64,000 bases of DNA from contig CM126212.1 of assembly GCA_052327205.1 (NCBI GenBank), forward strand, positions 205,902,001 to 205,966,000. The letters run 5' to 3'. The stretch is from Somniosus microcephalus (Eukaryota). The position numbers and the translations under genes are program-made. Below are positions 39,103 to 51,913 of this stretch, piece after piece; positions within the stretch are counted from its first letter, which is position 1; every line of letters starts with the position of its first letter. The notes below the pieces were generated by a model. The model worked only from the letters and a program-made list of their open reading frames with translations. It was not told the origin of the DNA and did no database searches.

Positions 39103-40759
39103 TATATATGGATATAGGAATATATAATGGAAAGGTTGACCGTAAGTGCGTGCATTAGTAAGATTTTTAATATAGATATATTATACACATTAGTAGTTCT
39201 CTTGTGGAGTTGCATGCAGTGAGCTGGAGGACATGGTCTGTTGCCTCTGTTACATTGCCTGCTTACTCGCTCTTGTGCTCTCTCTACAGCTCTCTTTCTC
39301 CACCTGCACCCCAGCTGCATTTGTTTTCCCTTTTGCTTCTTTCCTGTGTTCTTCTGATTCTCTCTACATTCCTTCCAGTGGGAAGTAATGGGCAGTGTGG
39401 CAAAAGGGAATGGCGCTATTGAGAGCTGCAAGTTGGATTTTACAACGGTTGGTGTTTGTAAAATGGAGCCGGGGGGGCGACTGGCAATTTAAAATTTGAG
39501 AGGTAGGCAGAAGTGAGTAGAACCATTCGGGCGGAAGGACCGTCAGGAGTGAGCATGGCAGGTATTCTAGTGGGGTGGAGCTGGAAAAGCAAGGCTCGAT
39601 TTAAAATTTTGGGTGGTAAGCAGAGGGGAGCCGACACAAATCAGAAGCTGCAGTGGGGCAGAACTGGCAAGGCAGAGGGTCCAACTGGGAGAAAGACTGC
39701 CAGCACCACCAGAACATCCTCCTCTGTGGGAAAGAGCTGATGGAGCAGCTGCACATGCTGAAGTTGATGCCTGGAAGGATTGGGGTGGAGGGCAGCAGGC
39801 ATTTACTGGGGCAGAACCTGGTGTAAAGTGCAGATGGGAACATGGTGGGAGAGACTGCCAGGGCAACGTAACATTTTAATTGGGGAAGAGCTTGTTATTT
39901 TTGTTGTTGAAAGTAAGCTTTAACAATATATATAAAGAAAATAACTTTTTAAAAATTTCCCTACAATGTTGATCTTCTGTCTTTTGAAATGCTGCACTGG
40001 TGGCCTCTTGACCCAGCTCAGCATTTTAGTTTCCTGGCCCTGCTGAATGAACTCTGCAGCTTTAGACGCCCTTCATTTTTGAAATGCTGGCCCGTTGCCT
40101 CGTGTTTCCGATGTCTGATTTTCAGGGGAGTGAGAAGCAGTGGGCCGGCATTTCTGTTAACCGTGGCAACAGCCAATGAAGATTAGACAGCAAGGGCAGG
40201 AGGCCCTGAGTCTAACCAGAGGGAGACGGGAGGTGGGGTTTGTGAGCCTAGGATCGAGGAGCAGTCATGTGAGCCAGCAGACACCTTGGGTCTTGGGATT
40301 GGAGCCCACAGGCGCTGCGGGCCTCTGGTCAGGAAGGGGGAATGGGAGTCGGGGCTGACTAAAAATGGGGGTGGAAAAAGGCCTGGAAGTAAACGGACAT
40401 TAAGTTAGCTATACAGAAGGAAAAATCTATGAAAATAAATATATTAATCTAAAAATAATACTCACCAGTACAGAAGAAATAAATTGGGTAAAAATAAAAA
40501 TGGCTTGTGCCATCTCGTATTGGGAGGGTAGATTAAAAATAATAGAAACAGGCATTACTCTCATTGCTAAGTGTCACAATGCATGACAATCCTGACAAAA
40601 AGTAAATGTGACAACAGGAAATGTGCAAAGTCATATGAATTTTACTGCATTAGGTGTATGTCTGTGTAGAAAGAGAGATGATAACTAAGATGCAATCAAA
40701 ATCTTGTAATAAACAAGAGCAGAACCTGAATCAATTACATGGATGGGAGGGGGGATATC

Positions 40760-41090
40760 AAATCCACTATGGCCTTGCCCCTCCCTATCTGTAACCTCCG
40801 CTAGCTCTACAACCCTCAGACTCTGGCCTCTTGCGCATCTCCTGTTTCCTTCGCCTCACCACTGACGTACCTTCAGTTGCCTCGGCCCTAAGCTGTGGAA
40901 TTCCCTCCCTAATCCTCTCCCTCCTCTTTTAAGATAATCCTTAAAACCTGTCTCTTAGACCAAACTTCTGGTCACCTGTCCTAATATCTCCTCGCATGGC
41001 TTGGTGTCACATTTTGTTTGATAGCACTCCTGTGAAGCGCCTTGGGACATTTTACGATGTTAAAGGCGCTATATAAAGGCAAGTTGTTTT
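40760..41090 (+). mobile_element. L2 LINE 3' tail fragment
   Basis: ATGGCCTTGCCCCTCCCTATCTGTAACCTCC...TGTGAAGCGCCTTGGGACATTT...AAAGGCGCTATATAAAGGCAAGTTG. Confidence 0.75.
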
Positions 41091-43047
41091 GTATAAAGCA
41101 CATTTGACGCTTAAAAAAACCTGCCTGCAGGATGAAGTGTGTTGGGTATGGGACTACATGTTGTTGGAGTCAGATTATCCTAGGCCAACCTTGCTGAGCT
41201 CAAACCACTCATTCCCCGCCTCCCTCCCCCCAATAACCAATGTTGCCAGACCTGGCTGCCTCATTTCCCCCTTGTAGAACCATTCTCTCAGTGCTTTCAA
41301 CCCCTTCTGACCTCCCCACCTCCTTCCCCCAGTATTAGTAAATAACTTCCTCTTCACCGCCTCCCCCCACCTCCCCAGTGCTGCCAAATCCTGGGATTTT
41401 CCATCCCACACTTCACAGACATGCTAACTCTTCTCTGTTCTCCCCCAGGGGCAATGGGACAGCCGGGTCTGGCAGCATTGTTTGGGGGGTGGGAGGTGGT
41501 CGGTGATTGGTGAGGTTAGCCCAGGAAAAGCTGCCCTCAGTAACAGTCTGGTGTCAACAGCCTGTTGTTGCAGTTACTACACTCCAGTGCTGTCAAAATC
41601 CAACATCTCTGTGCTACAAAAGCCCAGGTTCCACCCTCTCTGCTCTTGAGCCCCACTGCAGTGCTTCCAAATGCCAGAATCGCCTGTCTAATACTGCAAA
41701 TTCTTTTGAACTCCTTCCTTAGTTCTGCCAAACCTCCAAGACCTACCACCTGATGTTACCAAAGCCCAGGATCTCTTCCCTGTTCTTCCTCAAGTTCACA
41801 GGTCCCTGTCCCCTTTTACTCAGTGCTGTTAGACACCGGGCACCTACCCCCAACCTGCTGTCGGAATGCAAATGCCTTGTGGACCACTTCTATTAAGTAG
41901 AACTGGGCTTTCGAAAAGGTTGAGATAAAATTGAATACATGGGTAAAGAAATATATAATCAAGTTCTCTGACTTAGTTTTCACGGACAAATGGACAGCCA
42001 TGGAATTTGATCCCAAAATCCCACAGCACCTTGTTTTTAAAAAAAAAAAAAAACAGTTTATGATTTCAGAATCACCATAAATCAGGAGCCTTAATATATT
42101 GTATGTTGTGTGGCAACACCACATTATTACAAAATGGTGTAACCTCCAGCTGATTGAGCAGTGCCATGGGAGATCTGCCATTGTGTGCATTTATCTCTCT
42201 TTTTTGTGTGTGTGTTCCAAACAAGTTTATAGGAAAGGGGACCCTGTTCTCTAATGCTGATTATAGGTTTCAACTACTGATTGGGCTGTTTTTTAGTTTT
42301 CCCCCCATTTTCCCTCTCTTCTGTTCTGATGGGAATGACTCTTTTTGAAGTATGATTACACAGCAGCTTTCTGTTAATTCACACAAGTGTCCAATCTTCA
42401 TGTGTGAGCCCCAGACAGTGAGTGTAGGCTGGAGTGAGTTGGAGCTTACAGAAGAGCCACCAACTTGAGTCTTTTGGCTTACAAATGCCTGTGCAAGCAA
42501 CATATGCAACCAGCTCTTGTATGTTCAGTGTGGATCACCACCTGGGGCCAGGAAACATGCTGATCCCAATGCAATGTAATGGGAGCCACTCAGAGGAGAT
42601 ACCCGCATGGAGAGAGGGACTAGATTTAATGTACTCTCCTATTCCCCTCAGATTTGTTCTTTCTTAGTTGGGGAATTCAGCTCAAATTATGATCACAAAT
42701 AACATCAAAGCTCTGCTAGTTTGGGTGGAACAAGAGAATCTATTTGTGATCAACCGTTGGAAGATGGGCTTTGTTACTGTGCTGTTTGTAATGGAGTACT
42801 CGCTGCCATTCCGTAACCGCACATCATTTGTAATGAGTGACTACTTTTGTGTGAACTAGATAGAGAGTGTGTGGGATTTAAGTGGCCATGATAGATACTT
42901 TCATTTTAATCCAGTTTTGTTTTAAGTGATTTGGGAATTATTTTTCTGTTCTGATAATGGGAACAAAATTTGAGACAATGTTACTTTAATCTGGCATGAT
43001 TTACCCCCTCCCCACCACCGCCTTTTAAATTGTGATCTTTTTTACAG

Positions 43048-43328
43048 CCTCCATAACTACTGCTACAACTTGTGATCCTGTTGTGGAAGAACACTTTCGC
43101 CGAAGCCTTGGAGAGAAGTACAAACAGCCAGAGCCTGTGACGAATTCGGTTTCCATCACAGGATCAGTCGATGATCACTTTGCCAAAGCTCTTGGAGAAA
43201 CATGGCTTCAAATCAAGGCTGCCAAAGATGGAGTTTCTAGCAGCCCTGATTCTGGTTCAAGAAGGGGACAGTCCTCGCCTTCATCCCACATGGTCAATCA
43301 CAATCACTCCCCTTCGGTCGTTTCATGA
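43048..43328 (+). CDS. VGLL4: VGLL4 last coding exon with both Tondu (TDU) TEAD-binding motifs
   Basis: Acceptor TTTTTACAG|. DPVVEEHFRRSLG (43074-43112) and SVDDHFAKALG (43164-43196); ends HSPSVVS*. Total CDS 885 nt = 294 aa. Confidence 0.98.
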
Positions 43329-45460
43329 GGAGTGGACCACGTTGCATTCTGTGCTGAGTGAAATGCATGGTTTGACTGAGCTTGAACACTGCTAAATAAA
43401 TGGGGAGGGGGATTTTTTTTAACTAGACACTTTTGTGTATTTGCTTAGCATTTGCAAAAGGGTGCCCTAAAAAAAAATAGCAGGAACTATTCATATAAAT
43501 TGTATGATGTAGCATCCTAATCTCCTGCCTCAGTTACCAAAGAAACCTCTGATGCAATTCTGCTGCCCCAAAAAGCCATGTTAGGATTGGTTGACCCAAA
43601 CGCTTTGGCCTCTGCTAGTTCCTTTGACTAGAGTTTGTGTGGTTTGCTTACATTGCTTTTCTGTTATGTAATTTTGTATGTTTATATACTTGAAAAGAAC
43701 TGTATGTCTGATTTGCACTATTGGGGAGTGGTGAGGTTGCTTGTCAACTTTACATCAGATTTTCTTGTTTTGTTAGATGGCAGACTGCTGACAATGAGGG
43801 CTTAGTATGATGTGTATTGCGCTTTACAGAGGCAAAACAGCTTTGGAAGGGAAAGTCTCATACAGGTATAAGCCTTTCTTTAGCTTCAGATTACATTTTG
43901 TGCTTGGTGCTCACAACTGGACTGCATTTTTTTTTCAAAGAACACGGGCATTTTGTTTTCCTACACCCTTCATCTGTATTTGTCAGCTTGTTGAAATAGA
44001 TTTGAGATATGAAGGTCAATAGTGCTTCTATTAAAGTAGCTGCATGATTTTTAAAAATAGCTGGTATCTATATTGTATAGGCGTAACGAAAATTAATACT
44101 AGAGCTTTTTCTTCAGAATTGTAGTTTATTTTCATCAATAACAGTCCTAGATACTTACTGCTGGTACAGTTTTACTCAATGACATTTAAGCATGTATTCA
44201 CACTGGTAGAAGCCAGCAAAAGAGGATAGCCTCAGGAAAGGCCCGCATATAATATTCAATAGATTATAAATTCCATGGTACAGGCGGCAATAGCTTTTGT
44301 GCATGACTGAATAATCAATGCATAACAAATACAACCTGCTTAATAAAGTAATAAACAGTCGCTCCCATAATGTCTGTAAAATCAAACTGAGATTTACAGT
44401 TAAACAAGTCATTACTTTATTTGAAACAAAAAAATACTTGGCTTGGCTTTAATGTGGTAATGCAGATTGTCATGGCTTGCAGAGTACAATTTTTTTTATG
44501 CTTACTCTAGTCCTGTGCCAAGGTGTACATTCCTCCAATAGTATAATGCTATTTTGTTTGCTGAATTAATAGCTACTACTACAACTAGAGGCAGAGGTAC
44601 AGAAAGCAGCTGTGTAATGCTTAATAGCTTCCCAATTTAGCCTTTGCCTTTGAGAAAGTCACACATGCCCATACATTCCGTCATCCCAGTAAAACCATAC
44701 ACATTTCATCGCCACCTTACTGGGTAGTTACCGCTTGTCTGCTTTGGCATTCAGTACCCTACTCTGTAGGAAAATCACTAAATGAACACTTTTTATATAG
44801 GTAACTATAAGACCATCATTACGCTGTGCGTAAAGAATGTACAAAAAAAATTCGTAGGTATTTTTTGAGGAACAATTAATTTGTTAATGATATGTAGCTA
44901 TTTAATTTTCCCTGTCCTTTTTGTTGTAATCATGCAGTTTTTTTTGTTTGGAGAAAAAAGTTGATCTTTTTTGTTTGGTGTAGATTTGTCTGTTATAAGG
45001 TAAAAAGTGCAGGAACACAGTTATCTATGGAAACACTGCATTAGCATTAATAGCCACTAGTTCATTACTGCTACAGGCTACTGAGCATTATAATGGGAGA
45101 AGGCTGTAGATGCTGTCTGTGGACTCTATGCGTCTGGTTACTTGGCTGTTTTTTTAATGTGAGACAACTGAACAAGAATACAAACAACAATCCAGGGATT
45201 GTGGACTAATTATAAATTTTGTGGAGACTGCAAAAACGTTCTAAAATGTATAGACCAGGTTTGTCTACAACTTTCGTTACTACAGAGAGCAGAAATATCT
45301 ACAGTGTACTTACTGTTAGTTTCCGTTTGTAAATTTGAACTCTATCCCTCTTGTTTGCGGCCTTGTTTCACCCAAAATGGAAAAAAAGCTTTTGACAGGC
45401 CACTTTTTGTACTTAAAGTAGCCTCAAAGAACAATAAAGTGCTCTTAAATCATTATGTCT
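43329..45460 (+). other. VGLL4: VGLL4 3' UTR
   Basis: Repeat-free AU-rich stretch after the stop codon, ending near AATAAA at 45433. Other AATAAA hexamers at 43395 and 44342. Confidence 0.65.
45433..45438 (+). terminator. Probable distal polyadenylation signal
   Basis: AATAAA preceded by TGTA elements and followed by U/GU-rich sequence. Confidence 0.6.
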
Positions 45461-46696
45461 CTTGCATTTTCATTGAGATTTGTTAACCTGTTCTTTTTAG
45501 ATCAGCAAGTATGGAAAATATTGCAACCAAAAAGTAAAATTTACTAAGTACCAGCTTATGGTGGGAGCAGCAAAAAGTTGCAATCTTCTACTTCAAAATA
45601 AAATGTTGCAATTGAGGAAGCCACTTCCGTCCTGACATGACCTGAGAAGCCACTAGGAAAATCCATTCAATTTTGATGGCTTTGCTATTTTAAATCAATA
45701 GAAAGTGACGTAAGCCATAGGAATCCGTAATTCCCTAGCGAAGGTGGACATTATCTCGGAACCGAAAGAAGGGAACTTTGGCTCAACTGAAATTGTGTTG
45801 AGAGGATATTGTACGAGGGGTCTGTATCATACGGCTTTAGATATTACTAGTGACGATGACCTTATTACTCATGAGTGAGAGATACAGGTTACCTGAGCCA
45901 GTGACATCAGAAAATGTTAAACAGAGAACTGCATCATTATATTAATACAACAAAGATTTTAAACATTGTTAATATAATTTAAAATTGAAAACTATGCTGC
46001 ATTTTCTTGTGGAATAATTTCTGTTGTGATGGAAAGTTATTATGTGAAATGCCCTTTTAGTCCTTGGGGCAGGGCAGGGCAGGGCAGTACAATCATCTCG
46101 ATCAATGTAGAGATCATTTCATGGGGTGCAGTGGTGAGACTGACTCAAGTCTCTCGTTCCTCCTTCAGGCCTTTCTGTCGACTGTTTCTGTACTATAACA
46201 GGACTGTTGCTGTTGGCCAATGCATGAGATTCAATGGCTGCTTCAGCACCTCTCGAATGGGAATTCCAAAGAAGCAACATAATATCCCGAACAAAGCAGT
46301 CACTGGGATATAGAAGAGGGGTTGTGACGGCCTCAGCTGAAATCTATAATTCCAAGTCTAAATTGGACAACCACTTGTATTCAAATTGCATATCAGCTGG
46401 TGGAGAGAGCAAAGCATTCAGATTCTGGCTTCATGTAATATAAAAATTACTGTTATTGAACTTAGACTTCACTCTGTTCAATCTTGGTATCTGTGAAGGA
46501 TTTATATTTTTACACAACATCACAAATCTCTTATCTTGCCTATTTTTTCAGTGCAGTAATTGTCTATTGTATAATCTTACCCGCCACTGGTGCAGTTTGC
46601 TCAAATAACTTGGGGGAAAATTAAACCGAAGCATTTTTAGAATTTGTATTGTCATAGTACATTTACTAACCACATCTAATAAATTCAGCACACATT

Positions 46697-47356
46697 GGGC
46701 CGTATTTTCCGATCGGAGGCTTCCTGTGTGCGGAGGCCTCCGATCTGGAAAAAATCTACCTGAGGGCTCCCGAGGTGCGTCTACTTCCGATCCTGGGTCT
46801 CCAAACTCGAAATGTGCAGGGCCCACGTATCCCAGAGGCGCATGCAGTTTGCAAGCGTCCCTAGGATCACATGGGCCATGGGGAGCCAATCAAAGAAGGA
46901 AATCTCCCTTCATACACTTGACAGATAGACCAGTCAAATATATGAATGGAGATCACCCCAAAATCACTTTAAAACATTAAATTAAAAAAAAATTTAATCA
47001 CATTTTTAAATTTAGTTGAAATTACAATAAATTAAATATTTTAAAACTTTTTTTGAAAAAAAGAGTTTTTTACGAGGCTAAAAATAAACTTTTAAAAAAA
47101 AGTATTTTTAAATGATAAATGAGTATAAATTTTTTTAAACTTTTTTTCAAATCTTATGCTGGTAAAAGTAGGCCTTACGCCTGCTTTTACCAGGTGTAAG
47201 ATTTCTAAGGGTTTTCTGCGGGCGGAGGTTCTGCAGAAAGCGGAACTCTCCACCTGCAGAGGCCCTTCTCCAGGGCAGGTGTTCGATCTGTCAAGAGCAT
47301 TCTGAAATGCCTGAAACCGGCGCGTACACACCCGTAGGGATCGGAATATACGGCCC
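46697..47356. mobile_element. PIF/Harbinger-type MITE
   Basis: ATT target duplication. TIRs GGGCCGTATTTTCCGATC / GATCGGAATATACGGCCC (17/18 match). GC-rich arms, AT-rich core. Confidence 0.88.
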
Positions 47357-47919
47357 ATTGTCTATTGGGGTGATGGAACAAGGGGGCTTTGCCATACTAC
47401 TATACATGCGAGCACATGGATTTTTATCCCTCTTATCCTCTTTAAAAATGATTTTTACATGAATTAAAGATAATAAACTGAATAAACATATTTTAACCTG
47501 AAACTGTTAACCCCACTGAAAAGTTCAGAGGGAGGAGGATGGGGAAATGCTGAATAACTTAATTCAGACAAGGATTATTGTACCTAAAAGTAGATTATCT
47601 ATCTTCATTTGTCATATTCTGTAAGTAGCTGGTCAGCTTAATCAGGAAAAACTAGAGGGAACCTTTTTCCTGTTTTGACCGCATGAAATCACCATTTTTC
47701 CATCTCTTTCAACCTCCCTGGGACATGCAGCTTCTACAACAAAGAGTACAGGCCTTGCTGCCAGACCACCATCAATGTTCTCAGCTTGCAGGGGATCTTT
47801 CCCTCTCTTCCCTACTGGAAGGAAGCAGCTGGCCTTCACTCGGAGCTCCCAACAGCAGAACAGGATGGGGGTGAGGAACATGGCAGAGTAGAGGGAATTA
47901 AATATGAATCTTGTCGAGG

Positions 47920-48225
47920 TACAGTAGCGTTGGCGTAATGCTACAGGACTAGTAATCCAGAGGCCTGAACTAATAATCCAGAGACTGAGAGTTCAAATCC
48001 CACCATGGCAGTTTGAGATTTTGAATTTTTTTTTTCAATTCTGGAAATCTAAAAAGAGCTGCTACCAGCAAAAGTGCTGGATTGTAGTTAAAAACTCAAC
48101 AGGTTCACTAATCTTTTAGGGAAGAAAACCTGACGTCCTTACCCAGCCTGACCTATATGTGACTCCAACCAGGGATGGACAATAAATGCTGGCCACGCTG
48201 ACGAGGCCCACATGAATAAACAAAG
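47920..48225 (+). mobile_element. tRNA-derived SINE with an RTE-X-like 3' tail
   Basis: TGGCGTAATG A box, GTTCAAATCCC B box. Tail AGGGATGGACAATAAATGCTGGCC shared with the LINE end at about 13254-13275. Confidence 0.65.
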
Positions 48226-48473
48226 AAAATTCTCAATGACTGTATTTTTCTTTCTATGTTAGATTGTGTGAAAGTGATAAGCTCAGGCCACGTCAATGTG
48301 ACCACCTGATAGCACATCTAAACTACCACTGTGCATGAAGGCCACGCATCCCCATTGATCAGTCTAAACTTGTTTTGTTTTTGTGATCCATCAGTGGAAT
48401 CGTACTATATCCTTCCATTCCCCAAAATTGGATTTTGTAGCCCTCACTAGAAGGAGGCAACTACAGGGTTATA

Positions 48474-49425
48474 GGGGGGAAAATTGGTCATTGCCAACTG
48501 CCGTTAACCGCTGCCCGAAATGGCTGCAGCGCTAAGCGATACAAGATGTGGGTATCCTCGTATGTTATCCCCCATTCTGACATGCACCTCTAGTTTTTCT
48601 GCCCTCTCATCAGCACAACTCCACCCTTGTCTTCCTCATTTCACACACCCAATAAATGCAGCCTGCCCAGCCAGTGGGTCAACAAGAGGTAGCCTGCCCA
48701 GCCAGTGGGACTGCAGGCGGATGATTCCATCCCAGATATCCCAGACACAAAGGGGCTGTCTGGGATGCATCCTTCCATCTGCTTCCTCCTCTTCTGCATC
48801 TTCCTCTTCCCTCTGCAATCGGGTGCTGTAAATGTGAAATGACAGCATAAAATGCTGCAAATACTCAGTTGGTCAGGCAGCATGTCGACCTGAGACATGA
48901 ACACCATGGATGTAGCATGACCTGCTGAGTATTTGCAGCATGTTCTGTCTTCTCAAAGGTGTTCAATTACCATCTGAGCCCTTGCAAGCGTCCAGCAGCA
49001 CTCCCCAAACACTTAAAAAAAAACTTTTTACATATATTGCAGCAAGCCACCACTTTAATAAAATCAAAAAAACCAAGGCCAAACCCTTCCATTCAAACTT
49101 ATCTGATTGATGTGTGTCCCTTTAATAGCTTCAGACATTGCCACTGTCAGCCTGCTTCTATGCCAGGTTAACCTGGCGTGCTTGGGACCCAGCGCTAGGG
49201 TTGAAGTTTGCGTAGGTGACGTTAAGTCGGCGTTGCACACCGACTGCCGTCACCCTGCCACCATTTATTTTACAGGGCACTGTCGGTTACCAGCAACGCA
49301 AAAGGGCCCACTTCCATGGCGGCCGCCATGGGGACCGTCTCCAGCTGGTGCAAGAGCGGCGGCCACCATTTTTTCGAGAATCGCTGGCACTAACAGGTGG
49401 TGCTAAGTATATGACTTTCTCGCCC
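48474..49425. mobile_element. PIF/Harbinger-type non-autonomous element containing a nested Penelope-derived fragment (about 48845-48950)
   Basis: ATA target duplication. Ends GGGGGGAAAATTGGTCAT / ATGACTTTCTCGCCC. The subterminal CTAACAGGTGGTGCTA is shared, inverted, with 23112-23784. Confidence 0.7.
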
Positions 49426-50554
49426 ATATTGTCTTAAATTGATGCTTTAAATGCTGCTGTCCTAGAAAACTGTTTTAACACTTGGTCCTGATCTTGGAAA
49501 AGAGTTGGTGTGCTTTGTTACTGTTTACTGAAACTCCCTTCTTTGGCATAAGAACATGTTAGTCCTTCATCTTTATCCCAAGTTCTTGCTTAAGCTGTTT
49601 TTCGAATTTCATCTGACTCTTTTTCCCTTCTATCTAACAAGCTACCAATTCTTACTAGAAAGCATATACTCCATTATGTGAACGTCAAATTGGTCCTCCA
49701 AACTGGAACTAAAATTGCATTCCCGCGGTTCAAACATTGCTTGGCACATCACAAGTGCAAAGAACCCACACTGGGAAGGCACTGCTGCATTTTTGGATTT
49801 TCACTTTAGATATTTTTCTCTGGCTTAGACATTTGCTTACACCTTATGGTCCAGAGTCTGAGTCAGCTTTGGGATTTTTGATTTTTTAATCAAGGAAGGA
49901 TTTTGGAATTGAGTTATGTTTGAGTGTTGTGTTTTAAAACAAACTGAATTTGCACAGGTTGTTTAAAAGAAGCCAAAGACTGCAAGCGATGAAAATATGT
50001 TTCAAAGCCAGATGGGCAAAATTGTGGAATGTCATACCTCAGTCTATTTGAAACTGACACCGTGCGGGTCTTGTCCCCGGCCCCCATTCAATTTGAGAAC
50101 AGTCAGAGATGTTTCCTTAACACCCACACTCCAATAGGGGAGTTAGATATCCAAGGCAGACCTGAAACTTGCGACAGTGTGCCTTTACCTGTCAAACCTA
50201 CATACTTTGTAGCAAGCCCAGGGATTGAACCCAAAACTCTTGTTACTGGATTTCAGCTTAATGGCTATGCCACATGCGCTCATGTGATCTTCCTTGATTT
50301 CAGAAGGCGGTAGAATAGACGTTTCAGTAGACTGTGGCATTGATTATAAACTACCAAACAGATTTGTTAAAAAGTAAATGGATAAGTGACCAGAAACAAT
50401 GGCACACTGTAGATTTTCAGTAATCATTAGCTCACTATCTGTTTGGAAGATGGAAAATAACACACAACACACAGCTGCTGTGCTAAACTACATTGTAAAC
50501 TGGACTGGAGACAAAGTCCCTGAATATTACCCCTTAGGTGATAGTCTTTCTTTT

Positions 50555-51222
50555 ACCATTTTTGGAGTCTCGGGGGGGCGCTAACATCGACTCCCACCAT
50601 ATTCGGCGGGAGTTTTGCGGCAGCGCTACGGCGTTACATCCTGATTGCCTTCGCCTGCAGATCGTAACGTCATCACCGTGCACATCGCCCCGGACCCAAA
50701 ATTGACTTCTGCCCCCTGCAGCAGCGCCGGTCGAAAACACCGACAGCTGCAGGAGGCGTGCATCGGGCGGCCGGCTGCTTTGGGGGCGATGATTAAAGGC
50801 GAAGTGGCCGAGGTAAGTGGGAAAAAAAGCACCTTTCCTGTTCTAGTTTTTTTCGCGGGTTCCTGCCCGCGATCGATCAGCCTGGCACTCTGCTTGAGCG
50901 CCGGGGTGATCGCGCGGGATTGCGGCTGCCTTGGTGGTCCAGTTGGCACTTTTTAAATTGCAGAGCCTGTAGCAATGGCCCTTCCCTTTAAGGGAGGGAA
51001 GGAGCCTTTGAACGCGGCAGCGCAGCACGGCCCAGTGTGCGGCGCTGCTGAAGTCTCCGCCCCATTCTCCGACGCTAGCGCCCTAAGAAGGAAGTGGAGT
51101 GCTTGATTTAGCGATCCACTTCCCTCTTGGGGCACTAAAACTCAATTTTGATGTCCGGGCACTAAAGTTAGGGCCCAGACAATGTTAGCACCCCAAAATG
51201 GTCGATACCGAATTTCCCCCCC
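50555..51222. mobile_element. PIF/Harbinger-type MITE related to 23112-23784, left end damaged
   Basis: Shared blocks CCCTT(T)AAGGGAGGG, AGCGCCCTAAG and CCCTCTTGGGGCA. Right end CCGAATTTCCCCCCC. Confidence 0.65.
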
Positions 51223-51913
51223 TCTGTCTTTCTGATAGCTTCATATGAAGTACTCTATTTGACAAGATAGGCTGATAAATACTTTTCAAAAAATGACTGG
51301 GACAAAGGAAATGTAAATATGTGAACCTTAAACTCAAAATGAGCTGCCAGTCAAACATATATTCAAACAAAGTCCGCAAGATATGTGTGTTGGAATTAAA
51401 AGGCTTAAGCCGTCTATATTCTAATGCACTTGTGTATCAAAAGAAGCTGAACCATTTTCTGTGCAGAAACCTAGCTTTTAACACCTGATCTCCCATGAGA
51501 CCGAAACAAACTAATACCATAATACATCATAAACAAAATGATATTTTATCACAGACACCAAGTCAAGTTTGCTAATGAATGGGTAGACATTATTAATGAC
51601 TTGATTAGGGATACCCAGCCAGAGAACATGCTTTGATTTTCAAAGGCTTAAAACATTCAGCAAGTGATCAACAAACTGCCAAAAAAAACAAAAGCGGAGA
51701 CAATTATATTTTTGCTATTTTGTGGATTCGAGGGAAAGGTCAAAATGGTCCACTGACCCGCCTTAATTTGGGAAGCGAGCCCAGGGATTGCCTCCTAGTT
51801 ATCTATCCGGCATTCCCTGCTTTAATGTAAGAATCAATTAGCAAGTGGCAAAGAGAGATTTATACCTTTAAGTGATCGGAAAATGCTACCACTCTGGCAA
51901 GAATTTTCATTAA

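Noticed and set aside
50789-50812. ATGATTAAAG...GAG|GTAAGT resembling the MIKVR exon
   Set aside because: Lies inside a MITE downstream of the gene, has a different phase and only 10 nt of identity; likely coincidence.
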